49,668 nt of DNA from Armatimonadota bacterium (GTDB taxonomy: Bacteria > Sysuimicrobiota > Sysuimicrobiia > Sysuimicrobiales > Humicultoraceae). The position numbers and the translations under genes were made by a program. The stretch spans positions 1 to 49,668 of the forward strand of contig JBBIOM010000008.1 of assembly GCA_037443365.1 (NCBI GenBank), read 5' to 3'. Shown here one piece after another: positions 1-8,574 of the stretch. The notes beneath the pieces are model-generated. The model was not told the origin of the DNA. It did not search any database and saw nothing but the letters and a program-made list of their open reading frames with translations. Position 1 is the stretch's first letter. Each line of letters opens with the position of its first letter.

Positions 1-24
1 TGGGAGGAGATGGTCGGGCTGTGA
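1..24 (+). CDS. 3' end of an upstream gene (…WEEMVGL*), probably pilus-associated
   Basis: Frame 1 reads W-E-E-M-V-G-L-TGA(22-24). The stop overlaps the GTG start of the next gene (GTGA coupling). Product unknown. Confidence 0.4.
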   Translation, partial: WEEMVGL

Positions 25-566
25 CCGCTCAGGGGGATCCTGCGGCGCGCAGGGGCGGGTACTCCCTTGTCGAGCTGGTCGTGGTGCTCGCGATCGCGGG
101 GCTGGTGCTGGCCCTGGTGTTCGGCGGGATGAGCCTGACCGCGAACCGGCGTCTCGTGGGGACGGCGCGGAAGCTGGTCTCCGACCTGCGCATGGTGGAG
201 CAGCGCGCCCGGACCGAGCGCACGTGCTACCGTTTCGTCTTCGATCCTGCGGGCGATGCCTACAGCATCTACCGTTACGAAGGGGCCGTGACCGCGGCGC
301 CGGCAGGCGGCGGGGACCAGTGCCGCGATTCCCTGGCCTGGTCGTCGGAGCCAGTGGTCAAGGAGGAGACCGCTGACACCGTCTCGCGCCGCATGCCCCA
401 CGGTGTGGATCTTGCTAGCACGAGCTTCGCCGGTGCTACCCTGACGGTTGGGCCGCTCGGCAACGGCAACGCCGGGGGTGTCTGCCTGCGCACACAGGCC
501 GGGCAGGAGCGCTGGGTGCGCTCCGAGGTGATGGGGCGGGCAGAGATCCTGGCTGCCTGTCCATAG
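21..566 (+). CDS. Minor type IV pilin/pseudopilin (FimT/GspH-like)
   Basis: Prepilin cleavage motif RRGG|YSLVELVVVLAI with Glu5 and a hydrophobic helix, then LVSDLRMVEQRA typical of FimT/GspH. Directly upstream of pilM. Confidence 0.85.
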   Translation: MTAQGDPAARRGGYSLVELVVVLAIAGLVLALVFGGMSLTANRRLVGTARKLVSDLRMVEQRARTERTCYRFVFDPAGDAYSIYRYEGAVTAAPAGGGDQCRDSLAWSSEPVVKEETADTVSRRMPHGVDLASTSFAGATLTVGPLGNGNAGGVCLRTQAGQERWVRSEVMGRAEILAACP

Positions 567-583
567 GGATATCCCCTGCCGGA

Positions 584-611
584 GCAGGGTTTCGGCGGCG
601 GGGGCCGAACT
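584..611 (+). promoter_or_regulatory. Putative sigma-H-like promoter for pilMNO
   Basis: GCAGGG(584-589)-TTT…17 nt…GAACT(607-611). Same spacing as three other sites in the window. Confidence 0.55.
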
Positions 612-690
612 ACGTGCATAATGGAAGGCGCATAAGACCCGGTGCCGGTCGGGCCTGAGGCGCCCCGCAGGGAGGGTGGGCGATACGCCG

Positions 691-1779
691 ATGGGCATCT
701 TCTCTTCAACCCCGCAGGCGCACGTGGGCATTGACATCGGCAGCGACGCGCTCAAGGTCGTGGAGCTCGCCGGGACTTACCGCAGCGGGTTTCGCCTGCT
801 GCGCATGGGCTCCGCGCCGGGTCCGCCGGCAGGGATGCGCGACGGCGTGCCGGCGGCGCCCGAGGAACTGGGCAGCCACATCCGGGCGCTGCTGGACCGG
901 GTCGGGATCAGGACCGACCGGGTGATCATGGCGCTCGGCGGGCAGGTGGTCACGGTCCGCGAGGTGCGCGTGCCGCCCATGACCAGGGCCGAGCTGGTCG
1001 CGGCGGTTCGCTACGAGGCCGAGCGCTACCTTCCCTACAACATCAAGGAGGTCTACATGGACTTCCAGGTGTTGGGGGAAGCCGCCGAGGACGGCCGCAA
1101 GATGCTGGACGTGCTTGTCGTGGCTGCCCGGCAGGACGTCGTGGACAGGTTCGTCGCCGTGGCCGACGCCGCCCGGCTGCAGATCAGGATCCTCGACGTT
1201 GAGTCGTTCGCCCTGCTGCGCTCGGCCGTGAGCCCCACGGCCGGCGAATCGCAGATCACCGCGATCGTGGACTTCGGCAGTGAGGCCTCTGACATCCTCA
1301 TCACCGAGGGGCCGCGCCTGCGTTTCACCCGCAACATCCCGATCGGCGGCGAGGCCCTGCTTGGCGCCGTGCGCGAGGCGATGGACGTGGATGACGCGAC
1401 CGCGCGGACCCTGCTGGACGAGAAGGGCGAGGTCATCGAGGAGGGCGCGACCGCTGATCACACGACGGAGCGGCTCTACGACGTGATCGCGCCCCACATC
1501 GGCGATCTGGTGACCGAGATCCGGCGCTCGCTGGACTACTACCAGAGCCGGTCCCGCTCGGTCGTGGTTAATCAGATACTGCTGGCCGGCGGCCTGGCCC
1601 GGCTGCGCAACCTCGACCGCACCATCGCCTCGGAACTCGGCCTGGCCACCTCGGTGATATCTCCGTTCGCGCAACTGAAGGTGGACCCCAGGACGTACAC
1701 GACCGAGCAGCTTGCGACCGTCGGCCCGGCCATGGCCGTGGCCGTGGGGCTCGCCATGCGGGGAGGTGATGTCAGTTGA
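691..1779 (+). CDS. pilM: Type IV pilus assembly protein PilM (FtsA/actin-like)
   Basis: VGIDIGSDALKVVEL, EAERYLPY, EIRRSLDYY, LAGGLARL, AVAVGLAMRG. Start is ATG 691 (GTG 676 possible). Confidence 0.93.
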   Translation: MGIFSSTPQAHVGIDIGSDALKVVELAGTYRSGFRLLRMGSAPGPPAGMRDGVPAAPEELGSHIRALLDRVGIRTDRVIMALGGQVVTVREVRVPPMTRAELVAAVRYEAERYLPYNIKEVYMDFQVLGEAAEDGRKMLDVLVVAARQDVVDRFVAVADAARLQIRILDVESFALLRSAVSPTAGESQITAIVDFGSEASDILITEGPRLRFTRNIPIGGEALLGAVREAMDVDDATARTLLDEKGEVIEEGATADHTTERLYDVIAPHIGDLVTEIRRSLDYYQSRSRSVVVNQILLAGGLARLRNLDRTIASELGLATSVISPFAQLKVDPRTYTTEQLATVGPAMAVAVGLAMRGGDVS

Positions 1780-2336
1780 TACGCATCAGCCTGCTGCCGC
1801 GGGTGCCCCGGCGACGCCTGCCGGGTCGGCGCGTGTTCGAGATCGGCCTGCCGGTCGCTGTGGCCGTGATTCTGCTCCTGGCCGCGGTCTGGATGAACCA
1901 GCGCAACGCCGGCGTTGCCGCGGAGGTTGCCGCGGCCAACCGGGAGATCGCCGAGATCAAGCCGCAGGTGGACAGGGTCCTCGAACTCGACCGGCTGATC
2001 AAGGCGATGCGCGACAAGGAAGCCGTCATTGTGGACCTGCTGAAGCAGCAACTGCCGGCCGCCTCGATAATGAACGAGTTCCGGCTGCTGATTCCCAGGG
2101 ACGTCTGGGTGACCTCGCTGAGCGTGCCCGAGCCCACGTCTCTCAACATCGAGGGCATGGCGATGACCTACTACGCCGTGGCGCAGCTGATGGACAACCT
2201 GGGCACCGGGCAGCTGTTTCGGGGCGTTGATCTGACCGTCGTCCAACTCGAGCGCATCGGAACCCGGGATGTGGTGAGGTTCCAGGTGACAGCGCGCATT
2301 GAGCGCCCCCAGGCCTCCGGAGGTGACGGCCGATGA
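1776..2336 (+). CDS. pilN: Type IV pilus assembly protein PilN
   Basis: N-terminal IRISLLP (INLLP-like PilM-binding motif), one TM, coiled coil, IPRDVWVTSL. Overlaps the pilM stop. Confidence 0.9.
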   Translation: MIRISLLPRVPRRRLPGRRVFEIGLPVAVAVILLLAAVWMNQRNAGVAAEVAAANREIAEIKPQVDRVLELDRLIKAMRDKEAVIVDLLKQQLPAASIMNEFRLLIPRDVWVTSLSVPEPTSLNIEGMAMTYYAVAQLMDNLGTGQLFRGVDLTVVQLERIGTRDVVRFQVTARIERPQASGGDGR

Positions 2337-2953
2337 GAGGGCTGAGCCCGCGCGAGCGGATGATGTTGATCCTGGTGCTCGTGGCCGCCCTGGTCACCGT
2401 GTTCTACCTGTTCGTCTACACCCCGGCGGCCGCGCGCCACGAGGCCCTGGTCAAGGAGCGCGACGCCCGGCGCGCGGAACTGGCGCGCCTGAAGAACCTC
2501 GTCGAGACCCGCGAGGCCAAGGAGCGCGAGTACAACGCGCTGGCCGAGCGCATACGCCTGATCGAGGCCAAGCTGCCCCCTGAGCGCGAGATCCCGCGCC
2601 TGATACGCCAGCTCCAGGGTGTGGCCTCCGAGCTGGGCATAAAGCTGGGCCTGCTTCGCCCCGGAGCCACCCAGGCAGGACCGGCCGTGGGCGAGGCGCC
2701 GGGCGCCCCGGCCCGGCCGGGGACGAAGCCGGCCGTCCCGGCGGCAGCGCCCCGCTACCAGCTCTTCCGGCTGGACCTCGCGTTTGAGGGGACCTACGCC
2801 GACCTGATTGCCTTCATGGCCAGGCTGGAGGACTTCCCGAGGTTCATCGTGATGACGCAGGTGGCCATGAGCCCCGGGGATCTGCCGAAACTGAAGGTCA
2901 CCCTGGCGGCCAACACCTTCATTCTCCGCCGAGAGGTCGGGGCGGCGCCGTAG
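2333..2953 (+). CDS. pilO: Type IV pilus assembly protein PilO
   Basis: LSPRER + TM, coiled coil, KLPPEREIPRLI, FEGTYADLIAFMARLE. ATGA overlap with pilN. Confidence 0.9.
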   Translation: MRGLSPRERMMLILVLVAALVTVFYLFVYTPAAARHEALVKERDARRAELARLKNLVETREAKEREYNALAERIRLIEAKLPPEREIPRLIRQLQGVASELGIKLGLLRPGATQAGPAVGEAPGAPARPGTKPAVPAAAPRYQLFRLDLAFEGTYADLIAFMARLEDFPRFIVMTQVAMSPGDLPKLKVTLAANTFILRREVGAAP

Positions 2954-2979
2954 AAGTTCGGCCGCCGGAGGAGGCCGCC

Positions 2980-4020
2980 GTGGCGCGGAACCTGTCCAGC
3001 CTGCTCGACAGTGAGCAGGACCGCATCGTCACGTCTTGGGCTTCGGCGCTGTCACGCATGCGGGCGTCGGCCTACGTCTACCGGCCGCTCGAGGAGTTGC
3101 GGCGCCTGGGTCGCGCCTACCTCTCGGAACTCGTCGCCTACCTGGACTCGGACGATCCCGCGCCCCTGCGCGAGTTCGTGCATCGTGAGGCCGCGCTGCG
3201 CTTCAGCATGGGCTTCGGCGCCGCTGAGGTTGTGCAGGGATTCGTGGCGTTCCGCGATCTGACGGCCGATCTCTGCCGGCAGATTGCCCCGGCTTCATCC
3301 GACCAGATCGCCCTCTCCCGGCGCCTGGCCGGGGCCACGGACTTCACCGTCGTTGAGTTCGTGGCGTTCTTCAACCACTTGGCCGAGGAGCGGAGCGCGG
3401 CTCAGCAGAAGGAGATGCAGGACCTGGCTCGGGCGCTGGTGGACGAGGCCGTGCAGGATGAGGTGACCGACTTCTTCACGTTGCGGTATTTCGAGGAGCA
3501 CCTCGCGGTGGAGGTGAAGCGCGCGGCGCGGTACAATCGGGCCTTCTCTCTGCTTGTGGTGGGGATCGAGGACTTCGAGGGCCTGCGCGACCGGTACGGC
3601 GCCGCGGGCGCGGAGGCGATACTGCGATCCGCCGCAGACGCTTTGCGGGCGGGTACGCGCGACGTGGACATCAAGGCGCGATCGGTGGACGTGCGTGGGC
3701 TCTCTGGGGGCATCGTCGAGGTGGCGGATGAGGCCGAGTTCCTGGTGGCGATGCCCGAGACCCCCCTGGAGCCGGCCGCGGCTGTGGCCGAGCGTCTGCG
3801 CCTGGCGATCGGGAGCCTGCCCGTGCCGCAGGGGGCTCCGGTGGCCGACTGGCGGTCGCTGAGGGCCTCAGCCGGCGTGGGCAGCCACCCAGAGCACGGC
3901 TCCACTGCCCGCGAGCTGCTTGGGGCGGTGCGCCGCGCCCGCGATCACGCACGGATGCTTGGGGGAGACATCGTGCTGCGCGCCCAGGGCCCGGCGCAGC
4001 CAGGGACAGGGTTGCCGTGA
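2980..4020 (+). CDS. RsbRD_N-like helical sensor fused to a degenerate GGDEF domain
   Basis: SD GGAGGAGG. N-terminus IVTSW…LRFSMGF…EVV resembles RsbRD_N. C-terminus has GGDEF-fold motifs (DEVTDFF..RYF, EVKRAARY, AERLR, SAGV) but the active site is altered. Confidence 0.8.
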   Translation: MARNLSSLLDSEQDRIVTSWASALSRMRASAYVYRPLEELRRLGRAYLSELVAYLDSDDPAPLREFVHREAALRFSMGFGAAEVVQGFVAFRDLTADLCRQIAPASSDQIALSRRLAGATDFTVVEFVAFFNHLAEERSAAQQKEMQDLARALVDEAVQDEVTDFFTLRYFEEHLAVEVKRAARYNRAFSLLVVGIEDFEGLRDRYGAAGAEAILRSAADALRAGTRDVDIKARSVDVRGLSGGIVEVADEAEFLVAMPETPLEPAAAVAERLRLAIGSLPVPQGAPVADWRSLRASAGVGSHPEHGSTARELLGAVRRARDHARMLGGDIVLRAQGPAQPGTGLP

Positions 4021-4028
4021 GCGGAGTC

Positions 4029-4727
4029 CTAGAGCCTCGCCCTGAGCTGCTCCGCCAGCATCCGGGAGGCCTCGCCGTGCGTCAGCCACTGGCCGGTCTG
4101 CTGGTGGACCACGTACCTGAGGAAGCCGGCCGCGGACATGTACTGCGTCTCCGGCGAGAAGGGCTTCAGGTTCTCGACGCGCGGCAGCGTGGTGAGCGCA
4201 AGATCTATCTGCGTGGGCGGGGCGGCCAGGGCCGGAACCGCGGCCGGCGGCGAGGCCTGTGTGCGGGGCGGATAGACCACGATGACCGAGACCATCGCGC
4301 CGTCCAGGCCGAAGGCGATGCCGTGCTGGTCGTAGGCGATCCCCATCAGGCCCTCGACCACGGCGTCGGTGAACTGCGGGCCGAAGGCGCGCCGGACCTC
4401 GGCCAAACTGGAGCCGAGCGCGATGCCCTCGGCGGTGCGCAGCAGGCTGTTGGTCGTGGAAACCGCACGCACGGCGCCGTCCGCGGCGTACATGTTGATG
4501 CCGAAGCGCGGGAAGGCGTAGAGCGCGCCGTCGCGCAGCGTGCGCATCTCAGTAGGCTGGCCGAGGCGTCCGAGCGTGGCGGAGACGGTTCGTCCGAGCG
4601 CGACCCCCGCGATGCTGTGCCCGGGGACGATGAGAACCGGCGGCGCCCCGGCCGGCTGCTGCGCGGCTGTGGGCAGGGCCAGGCCGACAACGACAAGAGC
4701 CACAAGCATGCATGCTGCGCGGCGCAT
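4029..4727 (-). CDS. Secreted protein with two internal repeats
   Basis: SD AGGAGG 8 nt before ATG 4727. Signal peptide MRRAACMLVALVVVGLALPTAA. Repeat unit G[VI]ALG…G…Y…GI…DG.V occurs twice. Confidence 0.8.
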   Translation of the reverse strand: MRRAACMLVALVVVGLALPTAAQQPAGAPPVLIVPGHSIAGVALGRTVSATLGRLGQPTEMRTLRDGALYAFPRFGINMYAADGAVRAVSTTNSLLRTAEGIALGSSLAEVRRAFGPQFTDAVVEGLMGIAYDQHGIAFGLDGAMVSVIVVYPPRTQASPPAAVPALAAPPTQIDLALTTLPRVENLKPFSPETQYMSAAGFLRYVVHQQTGQWLTHGEASRMLAEQLRARL

Positions 4728-4793
4728 CGCCACTACCTCCTGTCCCGGGAGAGCCGCGCGCGGTGCGCGCGGCTGGCCACTCGATCAGTCGGT

Positions 4794-4821
4794 GTTTCGC
4801 CGCGGGTGTGCAGAATCCTGC
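4794..4821 (-). promoter_or_regulatory. Putative sigma-H-like promoter for the antisense secreted-protein gene
   Basis: Minus strand reads GCAGGA(4821-4816)TTC…17 nt…GAAAC(4798-4794). Confidence 0.55.
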
Positions 4822-4834
4822 CTTTGGAGCGCTC

Positions 4835-5605
4835 ATGAGCGGCTGGGGGCTTGGCGCGGTGGCGCTGGGAGGCGTGCAGATCGCCATAGTGTCGGTCTTT
4901 GGGGCGATCCTGGGAAGCTTCGCCAACGTGGTGATCCACCGGATGCCCAAAGGCGCCTCGATAGTATCCCCGGGATCGCGGTGTCCCCACTGCCAGACCC
5001 CGATCCGCGCCGCGGACAACATCCCGCTGGTCAGCTACGTGTTGCTGCGGGGGCGCTGCCGGAGCTGCGGCCAGAGGATCTCGGGCAGGTACCCCCTGGT
5101 CGAGGCCCTGATGGCCCTCCTGGCGGTGGCCACGTGGAGCGCCTTTCCCGACCCGCTGCCGAGGGCGATGGGGCTGCTGTTCGCCTTCCTGATGGTGGTC
5201 GTAACGTTCATAGACCTGGACCACCAGCTCATCCTGGACCGCGTCACCTACCCCGGCATAGCGGTCGGCCTGCTGCTCTCGGCAGCGGTCGGCCGGTTCG
5301 TACCCGCGCTGCTGTCCGCGGCCGGGGCCGCCGCGCTCATCGCCGCGATAGTAATCGTAAGCCGTGGCGGGATGGGTGGCGGAGACATTAAGCTGGCGGC
5401 GCTCATGGGCGCGTTCCTGGGGTGGCCGGGCGTGGGCGTGGCGCTATTCCTGGGCTTCATGGCCGGAGGCGTGGTCGGGATCGGGCTGCTGGCGCTGCGC
5501 CTGCGCGGGCGCAAGGATCCGATACCGTTCGGCCCTGCGCTGGCGGGGGGGGCGCTGGTGGCCCTGTACTGGGGGCAGGCGATCGCGGCCTGGTACTGGC
5601 CGTAG
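4835..5605 (+). CDS. pilD: Prepilin peptidase/N-methyltransferase (A24)
   Basis: GSFANVVIHRMP, SRCPHC…RGRCRSC zinc motifs, FIDLDHQ and GMGGGDIKL aspartates, IPFGPAL. Confidence 0.95.
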   Translation: MSGWGLGAVALGGVQIAIVSVFGAILGSFANVVIHRMPKGASIVSPGSRCPHCQTPIRAADNIPLVSYVLLRGRCRSCGQRISGRYPLVEALMALLAVATWSAFPDPLPRAMGLLFAFLMVVVTFIDLDHQLILDRVTYPGIAVGLLLSAAVGRFVPALLSAAGAAALIAAIVIVSRGGMGGGDIKLAALMGAFLGWPGVGVALFLGFMAGGVVGIGLLALRLRGRKDPIPFGPALAGGALVALYWGQAIAAWYWP

Positions 5606-5621
5606 CCCGCGGGTCTGTGCA

Positions 5622-5648
5622 GCAGGAGTTTGGGGCAGAGTGTTGAAG
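5622..5648 (+). promoter_or_regulatory. Putative sigma-H-like promoter for pilP-pilQ
   Basis: GCAGGA(5622-5627)GTTT…17 nt…GAAG(5645-5648). Confidence 0.55.
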
Positions 5649-5743
5649 GGATTAGCTTCAAGGGGCATTGCGACCGTGGAACCGCGGGGCCTGCCGGGGC
5701 TCCGGTGTGCGGGTCCGGGCTCAGAATCAGCACGGGGGGTCTC

Positions 5744-6412
5744 ATGCGAAGGGTGATCCAGTACCTCAGGGCGCATCCTGTGATAGCGGTCGCGCTTGCA
5801 GTGGGGGTCGTGGGTATCGTGGCCCTGGTCTTGACCGCGCCCTCTCCTCCTCCGACGGCGCCTGTGGTACGCCCGGCTCCGGTGGCGACACCGGCGGCTC
5901 CTTCGCCCACCCAGCCGGCTGCGGCGCCTACGCCCGCGGCCCAGCCCGCGCCCGGGCCGTCCGCGGCGCCTGCTGCGCCCGCGGTGGCCGCACCGGTGGA
6001 TGCGGGCCGGGCTGATCCGTTCGCCCCCCTGGTGCGCGCCGAGACAGGCGGTGGGCCAGAACGGGTTGCTCCGGCGCCTCCTCCGGCCCCGCTGCCCCCG
6101 CCGCTTTTCCCGGGGCAGCCTCCAGGGCAGCCCGGGGCAGCGCCGACTCCGGCGCCGCCTCCCAAGGAAGCCAGCACAGCCGCGCTGGTGGGCATCCTTG
6201 GTGACGACGGGGGCACGGCCATCATCAAGCTCGGCGACAAGACTTACATAGTATCCCGGGGGGACGTGATCCTGGACAAGATCAAGGTCGCGGTGATAGA
6301 CATCGCCAAGCGACTGGTTATCATAGAGCAGGACGGGGAACGCTTCGAACTCAAGATGGGAGGAGTGAGGCACCGGCATGTCGCCGCGACTGCACCGTCG
6401 AGCATCTCCTAG
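5744..6412 (+). CDS. PilP-like membrane-anchored Pro/Ala-rich pilus protein
   Basis: N-terminal TM, Pro-rich linker, GRADPFAPL (RDPF motif), C-terminal LVGIL…AII…YIVSRGD beta domain. Directly upstream of the secretin. Confidence 0.75.
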   Translation: MRRVIQYLRAHPVIAVALAVGVVGIVALVLTAPSPPPTAPVVRPAPVATPAAPSPTQPAAAPTPAAQPAPGPSAAPAAPAVAAPVDAGRADPFAPLVRAETGGGPERVAPAPPPAPLPPPLFPGQPPGQPGAAPTPAPPPKEASTAALVGILGDDGGTAIIKLGDKTYIVSRGDVILDKIKVAVIDIAKRLVIIEQDGERFELKMGGVRHRHVAATAPSSIS

Positions 6413-8066
6413 GATCCTTACGGGGCTGGCCGTCGTCCTGGCGCTTGCGCTGGTTCCGAGCGCGCCCGCGGCGCCGCAGGCGCCTCCGGTGCGCATCACC
6501 AGCGTGACGGTCAAGGTGTTCGGCGAGGCGGTCCAGCTCGCCGTCGTCGGCACCGGCGCGCTGACCTACAAGACGCTGCAGCTCTCCTCACCGGCCCGTC
6601 TCGTGATTGACCTGCCGGGCGCCACACTCGACGCGGCTGTTCCGCCGCTGCTCGAGGTGAATCGCGGCGCGGTTGCGCGGGTGCGCATCGGGCAGTTCCA
6701 GGATCGCCCGCCCGTGGCCCGCGTGGCCGTGGATCTGACCGCGGCAGCGCCCTTCACGCTGGCGACCAGCAGCCCGGGCGTGATCGTGGCGAAGTTCGCG
6801 GGCGCCCCTGCCGCATCGCGCCCGGTCGGAGTCGCGCCGCGCCCGGCGGCCCCGGTGGTGCCCATGGCGCAGGCGCCGCCACCGCCGCCCCCGCCGGCGC
6901 CCGCACCTGCTCCGCCCGCGACCCCGGGTCTGCCCGCGACGGCGCCTGGACGGATCACGCTTGAGTTTCGCAACGCCGAGCTGGCAGACGTCCTGACCGC
7001 GCTTGCCAAGGTGTGCAACACGAACATCGTGACCGACGCCTCGGTGAAGGGGCAGGTGACGGTCCGTCTGGTTGACCTGACCTGCGAGGAGTCGCTGCGC
7101 TTCATCCTCGAGGCCAACAACCTGGGTTATCGCCGCATCGGGCGGAACCTGATCATCATGGCCGCGGAGAAGCTGGCGCCTCCGCCCGAGGCGCCCGAGG
7201 CGATCACCTATCCGGTCGGGTTCGGCAAGGCCGAGGAGGTCGCCAAGGCCATAGGAGCCGTCATCAAGGGGATCACGGTCACGCAGGATCCCCGCTCCAA
7301 CGTGATCGTCGTGGTCGGGACCGCTGCCCAGCACGACGAGGTGCGCAAGATCCTGGCCGGGCTCGACATCCAGTTGCCGCAGGTCATGATCGAGACGCGC
7401 GTGGTGGACGTCAGCGTCTCCGACCTGCGCAACCTTGGGCTCGACTGGGGCCTGACCAGCATACCGATATTCACGATCCAGGGCACGTTTCCCAATCAGA
7501 TCATCCTGGGCATCGCCAACTTCACGATCAACGCGGCCCTGGACGCGCTCGTCACTCAGCGCAAGGCCCGGGTAATCACGGCCCCGCGCATCATGGTTGT
7601 GGACGGCAACGAGGCGCAGGTCAACCTGGGCGAGGAAGTGCCCATCCCCTCGATTGACGCCAGCGGGCGGCTGACCTACACCTTCAAGCCGATCGGGGTG
7701 ATCCTGAAGATACTTCCCAAGGTCAACCGCGACGGGCTTGTGACCACCAAGGTCGAGCCCGAGGTCTCCTCGGTGACCGAGTTCCTCCAGACCGCCTCGG
7801 GCCCGGTGCCGCGCCTGGCCACGCGGAAGGCCACGACGACCGTGACGGTGCGGACCGGGGATTCGATAGTCCTGGCCGGCCTGATCAGCGCCGAGGAGCG
7901 AACGCGCGTGCTGAAGGTGCCCCTGCTCGGGGATATCCCGGTGCTGGGCGCGCTCTTCCGAACGACGCTGACCGACAGGCGCGAATCCGAGGTCATCTTC
8001 GTGGTGACCCCGCACATCATAGCGCCCCAGGGGGCGCCGGCCCCGGCGGTCACCCCGCGGCCGTAG
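6378..8066 (+). CDS. pilQ: Type IV pilus secretin PilQ (AMIN + N domains + secretin)
   Basis: AMIN (PARLVIDLPGA, VRIGQFQ), N0 (ITLEFRNAELADVL), N3 (DPRSNVIVV), QVMIETRVV, KVPLLGDIPVLGALFR. Confidence 0.92.
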   Translation: MSPRLHRRASPRILTGLAVVLALALVPSAPAAPQAPPVRITSVTVKVFGEAVQLAVVGTGALTYKTLQLSSPARLVIDLPGATLDAAVPPLLEVNRGAVARVRIGQFQDRPPVARVAVDLTAAAPFTLATSSPGVIVAKFAGAPAASRPVGVAPRPAAPVVPMAQAPPPPPPPAPAPAPPATPGLPATAPGRITLEFRNAELADVLTALAKVCNTNIVTDASVKGQVTVRLVDLTCEESLRFILEANNLGYRRIGRNLIIMAAEKLAPPPEAPEAITYPVGFGKAEEVAKAIGAVIKGITVTQDPRSNVIVVVGTAAQHDEVRKILAGLDIQLPQVMIETRVVDVSVSDLRNLGLDWGLTSIPIFTIQGTFPNQIILGIANFTINAALDALVTQRKARVITAPRIMVVDGNEAQVNLGEEVPIPSIDASGRLTYTFKPIGVILKILPKVNRDGLVTTKVEPEVSSVTEFLQTASGPVPRLATRKATTTVTVRTGDSIVLAGLISAEERTRVLKVPLLGDIPVLGALFRTTLTDRRESEVIFVVTPHIIAPQGAPAPAVTPRP

Positions 8067-8067
8067 C

Positions 8068-8514
8068 GTGACGAGCATGCGACCGATCGCGCTCACCCTG
8101 GCCGCTGTCCTGCTGCTGACGCCGGCCCTGGCCCAGGCGCAGGTCCTGCCGGCGTTTGATACTTCGCGCCTCTACGCGGACGAGGCGGCATTCACGCGTG
8201 CGATCCAACCCTATCAGCAGGCGATCGCCGCGAACCCGCGCAACGCGAGGGCGCACTACTGGCTCGGATTCGCCCACCTGTATGCCTACCGGCTCTGGCA
8301 GGCCGGGGTTGTGAAGTTCGGGGGAGGGTACCTGGCCAAGGCGGTCCCGCCGCTGCAGGAGGCGATCAAGCTCGAAGCAGGCCTGCTGGCGGCGTACATG
8401 GCCCTGCATGACGCCTACGTCCTGATGGGCGAGACGGACAAGGCAGAGGAGGTAGCACAGCGGCTGCTCAAGCAGACCCGGCCGGGGTGGTTCGCGGAAG
8501 CACCCAAGCCATAG
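8068..8514 (+). CDS. Secreted TPR-repeat protein
   Basis: Signal peptide ending ALAQA. TPR helices YQQAIAANPRNARAHYWLG and LQEAIKLE. Start is GTG 8068 or ATG 8077. Confidence 0.8.
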   Translation: MTSMRPIALTLAAVLLLTPALAQAQVLPAFDTSRLYADEAAFTRAIQPYQQAIAANPRNARAHYWLGFAHLYAYRLWQAGVVKFGGGYLAKAVPPLQEAIKLEAGLLAAYMALHDAYVLMGETDKAEEVAQRLLKQTRPGWFAEAPKP

Positions 8515-8574
8515 GGCGGAGGGGGCCGCGCGGTAGGTCTGGACGGAATCCGGTCAGGAGGCGGTGACGATATC

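Noticed and set aside
610-690. Possible c-di-GMP riboswitch in the pilM leader (the pilP leader 5650-5743 was also examined)
   Set aside because: The conserved GEMM-I (GGCAAA…GAAA…GACGCAAAGC) and class II cores could not be matched by eye.
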